Source: Eledone cirrhosa (taxonomy: Eukaryota). From it: 64,000 nucleotides of DNA. The stretch lies in assembly GCA_964016885.1 (NCBI GenBank), contig OZ024740.1, positions 208,134,001 through 208,198,000 on the forward strand. Reading direction: 5' to 3'. This document shows, one piece after another, positions 13,401-27,571 of the stretch. A program made the translations under genes and the position numbers. The notes under the pieces were generated by a model, which was given only the letters and a program-made list of their open reading frames with translations, had not been told where the DNA came from and did not search any database. Each line of letters opens with the position of its first letter. Within the stretch, counting starts at the first letter, position 1.

Positions 13401-14000
13401 CAAAGGAATTGTGGTAAGGAACCAGATGGACCATAAGATAGAATTGGCCGAATACGTTTTTCTAACTACTTATAGCAGACGTGTTAAACCCCTTTAATTC
13501 TGTATCACTTCTGGTACTACTCAATTTCTACAAGTTTTTTTCTATTCTCAAATTATTAACCTGTAATTGTAAAATAGCATTGTGATTTTTTTATTCATTT
13601 CTCACTATCTAATTTTATATATTTTTTTTTATTTCTATTATCTTTTATTGTCTCCTACTCTCATTCGATTTACCTTTTCTCTAACCTCCCTCCTCCACTT
13701 CATACACTATCCTTAGAATATGCTGTATACTTATCCCCTTCAAAGCTTTACCGCTCCACTCATTCCCTTATTGTTCTACAGGCAAGTTCAGCCACCCCTA
13801 CCTCCCACCAAATGCCATGATAGACTTATTTGTGTTTACAACACATTTTAACCAATCCTCTTGACAACTACAATCTTCCCATATAAGGAAGTACCCCCCT
13901 TGAAAAGTTCAATTATTTATTCACCAGGCTAAAAATTCTAATTTAGTCCAGAAATAGCCGTCGAAACGGCTTGAGCTCTGCCGTCGGGGTCATACTTTTT

Positions 14001-14076
<76 letters not shown>

Positions 14077-14079
14077 GCA

Positions 14080-14410
14080 AGTGCAAGTCGGAGATCGACT
14101 TTTGTAGAGTTAAGTGACACCATGTCGTCTGCAAGTTCCAGCTACTGATTTTACACCCACCAGTCGTGATATCACTTCCAACCTGACTGCGTATGTCAAT
14201 CCTATTCTTGTAAATAATGAATAGGAGAGGTGACAATACGCCCCCTTGGTGGATTCCGACTGCTACATTGAATGGTATCGATTTAGCACCATTTATCCAA
14301 ACACAATAGTCGGGCATTCATATAGAGACATTGGGACAACAAGAAGCTTGTCCCGAGGAACGCAATCATAAGTCTTTTCGAGGTCTACAAAACAAGAATA
14401 TACCTCTCTG
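14080..14410 (-). mobile_element. RTE-clade LINE RT fragment
   Basis: CFVDLEKTYDCVPR and VGIHQGGVLSPLLFII, with frameshifts. Confidence 0.8.
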
Positions 14411-14507
14411 GAAGAAGAAGAAGAAGAAGAAGAAGAAGAAGAAGAAGAAGAAGAAGAAGAAGAAGAAGAAGAAGAAGAAGAAGAAGAAGAAGAAGAAGAA
14501 GAAGAAG

Positions 14508-14538
<31 letters not shown>

Positions 14539-15054
14539 GCCAATCAGAAGCATAATAGAAAGATTAAGGAACAAGAGGAAATACAAGAACATGTGTGTCT
14601 GGTAGTAAAGATTGTAATTCTACCACATAACAGAGAAACTCTGGCTAATTGACCAGATAAAGGAATTATAAATCTAATTGTTATACCAAGTCTTCTTAGA
14701 CAGGAATTTATCATTGTAAATAAACTGAGTGTCTTGTTTTCTAAATATATAAAGGATGTATATGTTTGCTCTTCTGTTGTGTTTTCAGGTTAGTTCTTAT
14801 GTGTAATACAGTAAACATGAGACTAAAACTCCTATACCCTTGTTGATCATTTTCCTAACATGAACTGATACTACTCTGCATTTCAATTGAATAAGATACG
14901 CACACACATGTACACACACATACACACACACACACATACACACACACAAACACACATATATATAAATATATACACACAAACACACAAACACACAAACACA
15001 CACGTACGCGCACACACACATATATATATATATATGTTATGTGTATATATATAT

Positions 15055-15162
<108 letters not shown>

Positions 15163-15178
15163 TGTGTGTGTGTGTATG

Positions 15179-15219
<41 letters not shown>

Positions 15220-15222
15220 GTA

Positions 15223-15309
<87 letters not shown>

Positions 15310-15534
15310 CTGTGTGCGTGTGCGTGTGTGTGACATAATTATCATTGGTAGTTGTCAGTTTTCTATTTTATCACCAATCTCGTGACTAGATGTGTTTGCT
15401 CTTTAATCTTTCCCTGCTTTTAATGTACACAACATGTATCACAAATGTGTGCTCTATCTTTCATTTCAGTGTTTTTAATTGGTCTCCGCAGTAATGCCAT
15501 CACCACCTTACAGTGTTTTACTCAACTCACCTCT

Positions 15535-16742
15535 ACCACCAACACCATCACCAACACCAGTCCACCCTCACCAACACCAGTCTACCCACACCAACACCAG
15601 TCCACCCTCAACAATACCAGTCTACCCTCACCAACAACACTCTCACCAACACCAGTCTACTCTCACCAACACCACTCTACCCTCACCAACACCAGTCTAC
15701 CATCTACCCTCACCAACACCAGTCTACCATCTACCCTCACCAACACCAGTCTACCATCACCAACACCAGTCTACCCTCACCAACACCAGTCCACCCTCAC
15801 CAAAACCACTCCACACTCTCCAACACCACTCCACCATCACCAACACAAGTCCACCATCACCGACACCAGTCTACCACCCCCTACACCACTCCACCATCAC
15901 CAACACCAGTCCACCATCACCAACACCAGTCCACCATCACCGACACCAGTCTACCCTCACCAACACAAGTCCACCATCACCAACACCAGTCTACTCTCAC
16001 CAACACCAGTCCACCATCACCAACACCACTCCACCATCACCAACACCAGTCTACCCTCACCAACACCACTCCACCATCACCAACACCACTCCACCATCAC
16101 CAACACCAGTCTACCCTCACCAACACCAGTCTACTCTCACCAACACCAGTCCACCATCACCAACACCACTCCACCATCACCAACACCAGTCTACCATCAC
16201 CAACACAAGTCCACCATCACCAACACCACTCCATCATCACCAACACCAGTCTACCATCACCAACACAAGTCCACCATCACCAACACCAGTCTACCCTCAC
16301 CAACACCAGTCTACTCTCACCAACACCAGTCCACCATCACCAACACCACTCCACCATCACCAACACCAGTCTACCATCACCAACACAAGTCCACCATCAC
16401 CAACACCACTCCACCATCACCAACACCAGTCTACCATCACCAACACCAGTCCACCATCACCAACACCACTCCATCATCACCAACACCAGTCTACCATCAC
16501 CAACACAAGTCCACCATCACCAACACCAGTCTACTCTCACCAACACCAGTCCACCATCACCAACACCACTCCACCATCACCAACACCAGTCTACCCTCAC
16601 CAACACCACTCCACCATCACCAACACCACTCCACCATCACCAACACCAGTCTACCCTCACCAACACCACTCCACCATCACCAACACCACTCCACCATCAC
16701 CAACACCAGTCTACCATCACCAACACCAGTCTACCATCACCA
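15535..16742. repeat. 20-bp minisatellite (CAACACCA(G/C)TC(C/T)ACC(A/C)TCAC)n, about 60 units
   Basis: Direct tandem periodicity of 20 nt; explains the three overlapping repetitive ORFs. Confidence 0.95.
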
Positions 16743-16830
16743 CAATTTCCACCATTGCTGTCGCTACAATATCTGCTGCTAAATTCACAATTTCTGCTAA
16801 CACCAACTAATCATTATCTTTACTATCAAT

Positions 16831-17021
16831 TGGCGGTGGATTGGCAGTATCGGTAGAGGGTCGGACGCCATGCTTTGACGCATAGAGTTACGGTCCTTGC
16901 CATTCTGAGTTCAAATCCCGCCGAGGTTAACTTTGCCTTTCATCCTTACGGGGTCGATAAAATAAAGTACCAGTAATGTACTGGATAATTGCTGGCCTTG
17001 TGTCTGAAGTAGAAACAATTA
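16831..17021 (+). mobile_element. tRNA-derived SINE with TSD ATTATCTTTACTATCA
   Basis: Near-identical to the 8412 copy; flanking direct repeat. Confidence 0.9.
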
Positions 17022-17649
17022 TCTTTACTATCACCACCACCACCACCAGTACTCTTGATAGGCCGACCATTTTGTCATAAACAGTAGCAAACTGAACCAA
17101 AAATTAAAACCGTAACGGATTCAATTTTGTTTTTAATTTTCTTTTGGTTTCTTGCATTGTGTTCCTGAGGTCAAATCCTACCACGGTCAACTTTACATTT
17201 CTTCCAAACATTTCTCTTTCAACTGGATAGGTATTTTCAGTAATTTATTCTCTGAATATTTCTATTTAGAGTGAGGTTTGATAGGTATATAAACAGTATG
17301 AATGAGAACAGGAGTGCCTCTGGAAACTTTGCTTGGGGTTGGTAAATAGCTCGCGATTTGGGAAGTTAGTTCAAAAACCATTATATTTTCCCACTATGAT
17401 CATCCATTTTTTTTTTTTTGTTTTTTTTTTGTTCAGAAATAGTTTATATAGAAACACATTATACAACAGTAACTATTTTCCCACAGAATACAATTTATTC
17501 AATATACAAAATTTCTCAATGTCATGAAAGGCCATTGACATTATATAAAAAATAATTGAGCAGTTTCCAATAAAAATAAAACGAAAACGAAAGAGAGAAA
17601 AAGAAAGAAGAATCAAGCGGTAAAAGAATGGGATAGAGGGAATGACAGT

Positions 17650-17760
17650 CAATAGATCGCAATCTGAGCGGTGCCTCAGCCGTGCCTCACGCACAAAACG
17701 GCAAAAAGTGTTACCGCGGAAAATGGCCAGAGATACCCGCTGCAACAGTAAATGTTTCAT
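17650..17760 (-). mobile_element. CRE-like (RLE) non-LTR 3'-end fragment
   Basis: LLQRVSLAIFRGN resembles the QR(L/I)S.A..RGNA C-terminal motif also seen at 22.1, 22.8 and 31.6 kb. Confidence 0.5.
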
Positions 17761-18046
17761 GACTAATGAGATCAAATGTTGTAGTAACAAAAATATTGTA
17801 ATTTATGCAGAACTGAAACATAGGAAATTATTTTCATGAAAAATGCCCCAATTAACAAGCAAACAGCCTGTGTCTAAGTACGTAGCAACATATACAACCC
17901 ATTAATATCCCTCCACCACCACCGCCACACACACACGTAACGCCCATACCAATAACACATTATTTCACTCCATTTGACTGAATTTAAATTTCAGCTTATA
18001 ACACTCTTTGTGAAGCAATGATTCTTTATCTTTCACGTCCAAACTT

Positions 18047-18168
<122 letters not shown>

Positions 18169-18660
18169 CACGCACCACTGACCTTTAACATGGCTTGAAA
18201 TGAACGCAAAAAAATAAAAAAAGATAACGTGTTTGAATATATCGAAGCGTGTCAGAAATTAGCGCGAAATTCATAAAAATGGAAGTTACAATAAATGTAA
18301 CAACTCGAGCGAGGTAAGAAAAGTAAACCCATCCTAACACTTCGCTTTCCTTTTAATTAACCACCCCTTGTACAGTTCTGTATGTTTGTATTGATATTTA
18401 CGTTTAATTTTATATTAAATTTAATATTTAATTTATTTTACCAAAAGCTCTCTCAATAGATTAACCATTCAGTTTTTCCTTTATGTCACCTTTAAATAAT
18501 TTTCGATTTCGTATTTAATTTCTTTGATCACACACTGCAATTCAACTTCCCAGTAAAATTATCGATGTTTAATCAATAAGAAATAAAGACAAAGTTCTAT
18601 AAAGAACTTGAACACGTTCGACAATTTCTAGAAAACAACTGACGAGGTCTCATAGCTAAG

Positions 18661-18921
18661 CCTTATTCCTCTTCTTCCTATTTTCGTCGCCCACTTATTC
18701 CTGAAAGGGTCATGGGGAGCAGAGAACTCAAACACTCCATCCAGCGGGTCCTGTCGGAAGCAACCGTCTCCAACTGATCCGGCTGGATCCCCAAGCAAGA
18801 CCAGCCTAGCTCATGGATGTTATCCAACCATCTTATTCGAGGTCTGCCCCTGGGTCTCTTGCCAGTTGGTTTTGCCCGTAAAATCTGTCCAGCGATTCTT
18901 TCCTGAGACATTCTAACCACA
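18661..18921 (-). mobile_element. 5'-truncated RTE LINE 3' end
   Basis: RMSQERIAGQILRAKPTGKRPRGRPRIRWLD; homologous to 30460-30720. Imperfect TSD (C/T)ATAG(C/T)TAAG. Confidence 0.85.
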
Positions 18922-19280
18922 TATAGTTAAGACTGATATATAAAATATTTTCTTTGTCTTTCTTTATTTCTTTTATAATTTCTTTTATAATTACCTTATA
19001 TAATATCGCACCTCTTTTATTTCTTATAAAGCTCCCTTCCCATGTTCATGATTTGGACTACTTTATCTTTGTTCTATACATACAGAAAATACTATACACA
19101 GAGGCATCTGACTCTACTCTTCCGATGCTGGACGAGGTCTTCAAGTGAATAAACAGCTGTACATGTATTTAACAACCAAAATAAATTATATAGAACCTCT
19201 GTTAGACTACGTTGAATCCTATTTAAGAGATTGTGGCCGGCTTTGTTCACATGCATTAACAAATATATATACACAGTATA

Positions 19281-19339
19281 GCTGTCTGATGAGGTCATAG
19301 TTGTTGCATAACGGTTATCACGGAAATATATATAACAGC
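19281..19339 (+). ncRNA. Type I hammerhead ribozyme (solo pLTR fragment of the 42.4-46.1 kb Penelope family)
   Basis: gctgt CTGATGA ggtcatag...ttatcacg GAAA tatata TA acagc; the downstream sequence matches 46009-46060. Confidence 0.8.
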
Positions 19340-19414
19340 GATTATGGATAAACAAAGTTAATTATAACCTGTTGACTTGTACTTTATGTTTATATGTATA
19401 TATGTGTGTGTGTA

Positions 19415-19556
<142 letters not shown>

Positions 19557-19721
19557 GGTGCGCGTGTTTGCGTTTGTGGGGGTAATTAGTCCGATGGAAT
19601 CCTGTAATAAACGTACCACCATCAGAATCGCTATCATCATCCACACCACTACTGAGACCAACAACAATATCACCACCACCATCATTATCATCACCACCTT
19701 CTCCATCTCTACTCCACCAAT

Positions 19722-20158
19722 ATTATCAGTAGCGTCGGAAAATATGCTTTATGGCATATAGTTACGGACCTTTACGATCTAATTTCAAATCCCGCAGAGG
19801 TTAGCTTTGCCTTTCATACTTGCGGGGGTTGATAAAATAAAATACCAGTCACACACTGACGTTGATTTAATTGACTTTCCCCCTACCTAAAATTGCTGGC
19901 ATTGTGCTTAAATCATAAACCATTATTTACATACACACCCATACATATCCCCACCCACACAGAGAGTGTTGCAGTATATTAGTATAAGGGAAAGAGAGTT
20001 TATGGTCGTTTACGTTCTGAGTTCAAATCCCACCAAAGTTAGCTTTACCTTTCCTCCTGACAGGGTCGATAAAATAAAGTACCAGTAATGCACTGGGTTC
20101 GATTTAATTGACTTTCCCTCCCCTACAAATTGCTGGCTTTGTGCCTAAATCAGAAACC
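19722..20158 (+). mobile_element. Two adjacent degenerate tRNA-SINE copies (~19722-19925 and ~19968-20158)
   Basis: TTCAAATCCC B-box and the GATAAAATAAA.TACCAGT core in both. Confidence 0.75.
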
Positions 20159-20654
20159 AACACTACCAACACTAACCGTGTCCTATATTTCATCACTGTT
20201 GTTAGAAAAGCTAAAAGACATAGCATCCAAGTTGTTTACTTTTATAATTATATTTAAGAGAAAGCCACTCGTGTCTTTATTTTATGTAATTTTTGCTTCA
20301 TCTCTTTGCAGTATGACAACTTCAGTAGAATATGGAGAGAGCCACGTTGTTAGTCATTAACTGTGTCTTGTAAGGTGCTGATTCTGTCTCAAAGACTTTA
20401 TTTAATATTCTCAGAGGAAGCTCTAATGTAGAATCAATAATACAGTAAACCGTGTGAAAATATTAAAGATATGTGACCAAGATTTATCATTTGTTCTGGC
20501 TATTACCACAAGTTCTATTATTAACGAATAAATACAACAGTGTACGTGTGTGTACGTGTAAGCGTGTGCGCGCGTGTGTGTGTGTGTGCGTGCGCGAGTG
20601 TGTGTGTGTGTGTGTGCTAATGAGATTACATGCATATGTACGTGTATATGTACG

Positions 20655-20793
<139 letters not shown>

Positions 20794-20801
20794 GTGTATA
20801 C

Positions 20802-20902
<101 letters not shown>

Positions 20903-20910
20903 CACACATG

Positions 20911-20941
<31 letters not shown>

Positions 20942-21289
20942 TTGTGTGTACATATATATATGTATATATATATTATATTATATTTTATTATTTTATATTA
21001 TATTATATTGTATGCCCGTGTGTAACTGCAGGTATGTGTGTGTGCGAGTTTGCGTGTGTGAGTGTAAAATTATTTAATGAGTCTTTACTAGTGTGTGCGT
21101 GTAAGATGTATGATATTTTGAAATAAAGATAATAACCATGGAGATATTTCTATTATGAAGACCACATGTGTGGGTTATCGCTTCAAACATCAGTTTTTGA
21201 AAATCTATTGAAAAACAAACAGCAATCATTTATTGTTTGTAATCCTCTCCCTATAAAGATTTTATAAAGTTTTTTTAGTGAAATGTAAC

Positions 21290-21331
21290 AGAAACAACAA
21301 CAGCAGCTGCAGCAGCAGCAGTAGCAGCAGC

Positions 21332-21362
<31 letters not shown>

Positions 21363-21500
21363 GCTGAAGCAGCAACAACAACAATAGAAACAACTAGAAC
21401 ACAGTAACAAAAACAGAAACATCAGCTGAAACAGCAGCAACAACAGAAACAACAACAACTACAACAACAACAACAACAACAACTATAACTACAGCAGCAA

Positions 21501-21531
<31 letters not shown>

Positions 21532-21612
21532 AACAACAACTACAGCAGCAACAACAACAACAGCAACAACAACAACAACAGCAAATACAGCAGCAACAAC
21601 AACTACAGCAGC

Positions 21613-21655
<43 letters not shown>

Positions 21656-21715
21656 GCAAATACAACAACAACAACTACAGCAGCAACAACAACAACAATA
21701 GCAACAACAACAGCC
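21290..21715. repeat. (AAC/AGC)n compound trinucleotide tract
   Basis: Direct reading of the sequence. Confidence 0.95.
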
Positions 21716-21970
21716 ATGTCTTTAAAAGGGAAGTCTTTTAATTTCCAATATGGCTTTATTTTCGTTAGATTTTCTTTCTGTTCAGCTCTGGTTCCTCGTC
21801 CTCTCCTCTCCTCCAGTAGTCGTACTGACAGTGTCGAACTATGGTTAGTACGAAATACTGTAAAGACGTTGTTTGTTGGGAACGTGACTTAACAAAGGTT
21901 CTTACATAATATATCCTGAATGGTTAAGTAAATGAGTGTTGATGTTCTCTCTCTTTCACTCACTGCCTCC

Positions 21971-22043
<73 letters not shown>

Positions 22044-22061
22044 CCTCTCTCTCTCTCTCCC

Positions 22062-22295
22062 CATCTCTCACTATTATAAGCAAATGGGAGTCCATGCAGT
22101 GGCCGACCCGCGGCCCCGGCGGACAGCAAAGAGAAGGCGTTTCCCTGGAGGGTAGTGAGGGTGATGTGTTGGAAGAGCCATTCCAGCTCGCTAGACTCAC
22201 AACTGCGAGTAGGTAACTCAGTGCCGATGGTGGTGAGTAGGGAGGTGGTGCCAAGGCCAAGGACTCTAGAAGGCTCCGTGACATTGGCATTACAT
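22062..22295 (-). mobile_element. CRE-like LINE 3' fragment ending in (GA)n; second copy at ~22705-22860
   Basis: ELEWLFQHITLTTLQGNAFSLL. 22707-22860 is a diverged duplicate. Confidence 0.6.
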
Positions 22296-22402
22296 ATCGC
22301 CACTACCAACTGCACACACACACACACACACACATACACATACACATACACACACACATACACATACACACACACACGCACACACACTCACTCACACATA
22401 CT

Positions 22403-22435
<33 letters not shown>

Positions 22436-23008
22436 ATACACAAACACACACACTCACTCACTCACACACGCACATACATAGACATCTATATAGTTCACAT
22501 ATTTCTATACGTGTGTCATAAGAACTGATAGATACATCATTGCTTATTCAGAGAGTAAAATGTTAATGTTTGTGATATTGTAGAAATGCTGAAATTACTC
22601 CGTGAAAACCTAACGATATATAATAAAACTATGTGTTACGCTGTGTCTGTGAAACATATACATTATACATCAAGTCTGAGCACAAAGGAACCAAATTCTT
22701 ACTGTCACTGCCTCCGTCTCTCCCGCTCTCCCCAACTCTCAATATGATGAGCAAATGAGGGTCCACGCGCTGGCCGCCCTGCGGCCCCGGTGGACAAAAT
22801 AAAGAAAGCCTTTCCCCGGAGGATGGTGAGGGAGATGCATTGGAAGAGTCATTCCAGCTCATCATTAAATATACCATATGTATGAATGTATGGAAACGTA
22901 ATTCCTCAAGGAGTCGGATGGGCGCCATAGTGACATAGTGTGTCTTGGGCACTATAAACATGGCGGAGACCATCCCTCTCCAGGTCTGAAGACAGTCAAC
23001 TTTTTTCA

Positions 23009-23115
<107 letters not shown>

Positions 23116-23904
23116 CGACCTCAATACGCGAATGGTACATTTTATCGACCTCCAAAGGACGAAAGGTAAAGTTGACACGGGTAGGATGTGAAGAGAGAGC
23201 GCAGAGGGCCGAAACAAATACCACAAAGCATTCTATCCGATGTTCCAACAACTCTGCCAAAGTTCTGTCTATATAAGAAACCATTATATGATACACAAAT
23301 ACAACATATCTATGAGTGTGTCTGTCTGTGTGTGTGTGTGTGTGTGTGTGTGCACATGTATGTTCGTGTGTGTGGGTGTGTTTCAGTGTGTATGTGTGTG
23401 TGTATGTCTGTGTGTGCGTATGTGTGTGCGTATGTGTATTCTCTGAACATGTTTTCACGAAAATAGAAGCCACACCTGAATAACAATATTATATATGTCG
23501 TCAGCGATTCGCAAAAAAACGATTTTATACACTACACAGAATTGTAAAGTCAAGCAGTAAAATGTGTAAAGCAATGGAAACATTCGTGATTAAATAATTC
23601 TTTTATAGAAATTCTCTCCACTCCCAGAGAATGACAATAAAAATACAATTTAAATACAGAAAGAAACTATTATATCGAATATAAATATTTTGCAAACGTA
23701 GCAAAATAATTTTTACAAGGAAAAGTTTTTGCAAGAAATTGATTTGGTTGATTTACAGAGAACAGAGAGGAAGTGACGTAAATAATACTTCAATAAGACA
23801 GAAGACATTGCAACTGTCCACCAATTGCCGCCACGTTTAGAGGTTTTAAATGTCAAACTAAAAGTGTAAACATTCGATTAACTTATGAAGCATTGGTTCA
23901 ATAC

Positions 23905-24112
23905 TCATGATGGTTTCTACTCTAGGCACAAGGCCAGCAATTTGAAGGGGAAGAGGGAAAGTCAATTAAATCGACCCCAGTACTTACTGGTACTTTATTT
24001 TATCGATCCCATACGGATGAAAGGCAAAGCTTACTTCGGCGAGATTTGAACTCAGAACGTAAAAGGTCGTAACTCTCTGTCACGAAGCAAGGTGTCCGAC
24101 GCTTGGCTCTGT
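23905..24112 (-). mobile_element. tRNA-derived SINE
   Basis: Reverse complement of the SINE (GATTTGAACTCAGAA, GATGAAAGGCAAAG). Confidence 0.85.
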
Positions 24113-24259
24113 ATACTGTTTCCCCGTCTCCAGTAATATTTCACCTGACTTTTTTTTCAACTGTTATTTGTAGTTATCAACTATTATTTATAGTTTTCGT
24201 ATTGTAGCTAACACATTTTTCAGTTTCAAATATATTTATGTTCAAAACCAATAAGTTAT

Positions 24260-24366
24260 TGAACCAGATATACACAGGGATACAGTGTACATGTGTCTTT
24301 ATTATCTCAATCAAGTTGAGATAATAAAGAAATATATACACTGTATCCCTGTGTATATCTGGCTCA
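24260..24366. repeat. Inverted repeat with ~50-bp arms
   Basis: CCAGATATACACAGGGATACAGTGTA...CTTTATTATCTCAA pairs with TTGAGATAATAAAG...TACACTGTATCCCTGTGTATATCTGG. Confidence 0.85.
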
Positions 24367-24372
24367 GAATAG

Positions 24373-24584
24373 CTAAAACCACCTCCACCCAGATTTCTTG
24401 ATATCAAAACAGACAAAGATGGAATGATACCCAGTGAACCTCTGTAGGCTCTATCACAATGGGCTTCCTCGATGCTAACAGCCCCAACAGCGACATACCG
24501 AAAGTTCTGTACATGGTCTCTGCAGGTAGCAATCTAATAGGTGTTAATTATTCTCTAGAAAGGAAGAAGATCTATGAAATTGCC
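24373..24584 (+). pseudogene. AADAT: Kynurenine/alpha-aminoadipate aminotransferase (AADAT/KAT2)-like pseudogene fragment
   Basis: LKP...LDIKTDKDGMIPSEPL*ALSQW, then a frameshift, then DANSPNSDIPKVLYMVSAGSNLIGVNYSLERKK-IYEIA. Resembles the AADAT segment SDESGIVP..LS.W...PKFLYTVPNGNNPTG.SL..ERKKEIYELA recalled from memory. Confidence 0.7.
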
Positions 24585-24771
24585 ACAGCAAAATTTATTG
24601 ATAAATATGGCAGTTGTTTTAGGTTTTTTGGCATGTGTATAAAATTAGTTTTTCTGTAAATATAAAACTTTCTGTCATTCACTGGTGACACAGGCAAACA
24701 AATATATATATAAATAATTTACTCAAATATTATTTATGGTGATTGACTATTGTTGTTATAGTCATTTGCCA

Positions 24772-24990
24772 GTGGATTGGCAGTAGAAGCAGTAGAGCGT
24801 CGGCCAATATACTTTGTGTCATAGTATTACGGCCCTTTCCGTTCTGAGTTCAAATCTCGCCGAATTGAGCTTTGCCTTTCATCCTTACAGAGTCGATAAA
24901 ATAAAGACCCAGTATTGCACTGGGGTGGATTTAATCGATTTCTCCTCCGCCAAAAATTACCGAACTTGTGCCTAAATCAGGAACATTTAT
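24772..24990 (+). mobile_element. tRNA-derived SINE
   Basis: GTGGATTGGCAG head, GAGTTCAAATC and core motif. Confidence 0.85.
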
Positions 24991-25124
24991 TAAACAAGTG
25001 CATATTTACCACAAAGTGGCCATTTGACTGTCCTTGCTATGTTGTTGTGACATCTCTTATATTCTTCCTGAGCTAGTGATGTACATTAACTGGTAATATG
25101 CCATACAGTTTCTCCATTCATGCC

Positions 25125-25545
25125 ACAAATTCTTATGTTATTTTCTTCTGTTCTAATGCTATCTTCACACCCTATCAGTCCTATTCCTCCTCTTTTTTTT
25201 GGTACATATAATCTGTCTGTGTCACTCTTTGGGTGAAATACAACATCTCTAGTCAATATCTTTCTTGTCATTCGGTCTAAACTGTTTAGCTCTTCCAATT
25301 ACCACGTGATCACCCCTGCCCCATATCTAAGGAGTGACACCGCTCATGTATTGATAACTCCAATCTTATTCCGTCCATTCAGTTTCTACTCGAGAATATG
25401 TCTTGTCTGCGAATGTATTCTACCTTAAATATTCCTTTCCTTTCCCCTGTATTATCTTATCAACTTCCAATATCCTCAAGTATTATAACCTTCCTCTTCT
25501 ATTTGCTTCATAACTTTCCCTGATGCCAGCACCAACACATCAATT
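25125..25545 (-). mobile_element. R4/Dong-like non-LTR RT fragment
   Basis: EELNSLDRMTRKILT...FHPKSDTDRLYVPKKRGGIGLI. Confidence 0.75.
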
Positions 25546-25601
25546 GCCTCTGTTCAAAATTATCTTGTGGTATTTTACCTGATTTTCTCAGCGTTTCGGA
25601 T

Positions 25602-25646
<45 letters not shown>

Positions 25647-25799
25647 CATATGCCATTAATATGCATAAGGAAAGTATGCAAATTAGGCTGCTCAGCCGTT
25701 AATATGCATAAGGAAAGTATATACTTTCAAACGTTCTATCATCTGACAGAAAGGTGTACGATGCTGACGATAGCTAATAAGCTTGAAACTAGTAAAGGT

Positions 25800-26032
25800 G
25801 GAAGATTTTAAAGTTGGGGAGGGTCATTCCTGCACAATCTGAAATGTGGTTACCTAAGGGGATTTTTCTCATGGTTATGTCTCAGATTTGTTGGCGGTGG
25901 ATGGTCGTTCTTTTGCGTAATGACACACCCGTCTGTCTATTGTAGTTATATCGGTAGCCATTGCATGTGATTACATAAAACGGGTTCTCTAAGTTGCAAG
26001 TGAAGTTGTTTTTCACAGTGAAAGTTTTCCCA
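25800..26032 (-). mobile_element. Penelope-like GIY-YIG fragment (different clade from the 44 and 61 kb elements)
   Basis: GKTFTVKNNFTCNLENPFYVITCNG...Y..QTGVSLRKRTTIHRQQI. Confidence 0.75.
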
Positions 26033-26067
<35 letters not shown>

Positions 26068-26078
26068 GTGTGTGTGTA

Positions 26079-26114
<36 letters not shown>

Positions 26115-26304
26115 CGATAAAATCGCAGGCTACAGCATACGCGTCATCACAAAAGCACAAATTTCACAACTTGTGAAGTGAACACAGCCATGTCACTCAG
26201 TATAATGGCGAATAAAGATCACTGCTAGCTCACACTGAGATCGCAACCGTGTGTTGCCATCTGTTTTCGTGCTACAGAACTAGTCCGGAAACTTTTCGAT
26301 ACCA

Positions 26305-26389
<85 letters not shown>

Positions 26390-26752
26390 ATAAATTCTTT
26401 GTTTGGAACACAGGGCTTTATCTCATTTCAGAATAAATATATCCGTGTGAACTAATTGCTATATAACATTACAACACTGATGCCATCCAAGCAAAAAACT
26501 ATTTCTTATTATTTATTTCAAATTCACGTTCCTCTTCATGTGAAAATTAATGCGAATTTACATTTTATTTTATTTTTATACACTTGTAAATCTTATAAAA
26601 ATTATATATTGCTGGGGCCAGCAAGGATCAAAAGCTGCCATCTTCCGCGTGCGCGTACACACACACACACACAAATGCACATGTGGACACATACACATAC
26701 ACAAACACTTATACGCATGCATATAAATGTAAAATGAAGAAATTACACATAT

Positions 26753-26806
26753 GCAGAAATACACATACACACTCCTTCCTAAATATATATATTTAGAGAG
26801 AGAGAG

Positions 26807-26873
<67 letters not shown>

Positions 26874-26920
26874 GATACATGTATGTATGTACATATATAT
26901 GTGTGTGTGTACGTGTGTGC

Positions 26921-26976
<56 letters not shown>

Positions 26977-27034
26977 GCAGAAATACACATACACACTCAT
27001 TCCTAAATATATATAGAGAGAGAGGGAAACACAC

Positions 27035-27091
<57 letters not shown>

Positions 27092-27150
27092 GATACATGT
27101 ATGTATGTACATATATATGTGTGTGTGTGCGTGTGTGCATGTGTGTGTAT
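26753..27150. repeat. Local tandem duplication (~220 bp) of a microsatellite-containing unit
   Basis: GCAGAAATACACATACACACTC...ATGGATACATGTATGTATGTAC occurs twice. Confidence 0.8.
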
Positions 27151-27571
27151 ATATATACACATATATATATGCACATTGATATATACACATACATATAGTT
27201 ATATTAATATGTATGCACAGACATATGCACATTAACACACATACAAACTGGAAATGCTTGAGTTTTTATGATGTGTATCATTGAAACTTAAATTATGTGT
27301 AAGTGATAGATTATGTTTTCATAATTAAATTTTGTTTTCAAGATAAGCCCTATTTACACACACTATCATACGCACACATATCTATAAGATATTTTCATAT
27401 ACTCATACACTCACACACATGCGTTATTAGGCTTGTAAAACACATTTACATATATTTACATGCATACTCAAATATCCATAGCAACTGTACATGGATGTAT
27501 AGACACAGATAACCTACACAACTACATACGCAAATACGCACACAATCACACATACATATATGCATACATAC

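Noticed and set aside
15445-16856. Three ~445-aa Pro/His/Thr-rich ORFs (mucin-like)
   Set aside because: Produced by a 20-bp repeat that is not a multiple of 3 and is open in all frames; no unique domain.
24335-24372. Upstream extension of the AADAT-like fragment (P.YSG-like)
   Set aside because: Lies in the arm of an inverted repeat and needs a frameshift; probably coincidental.
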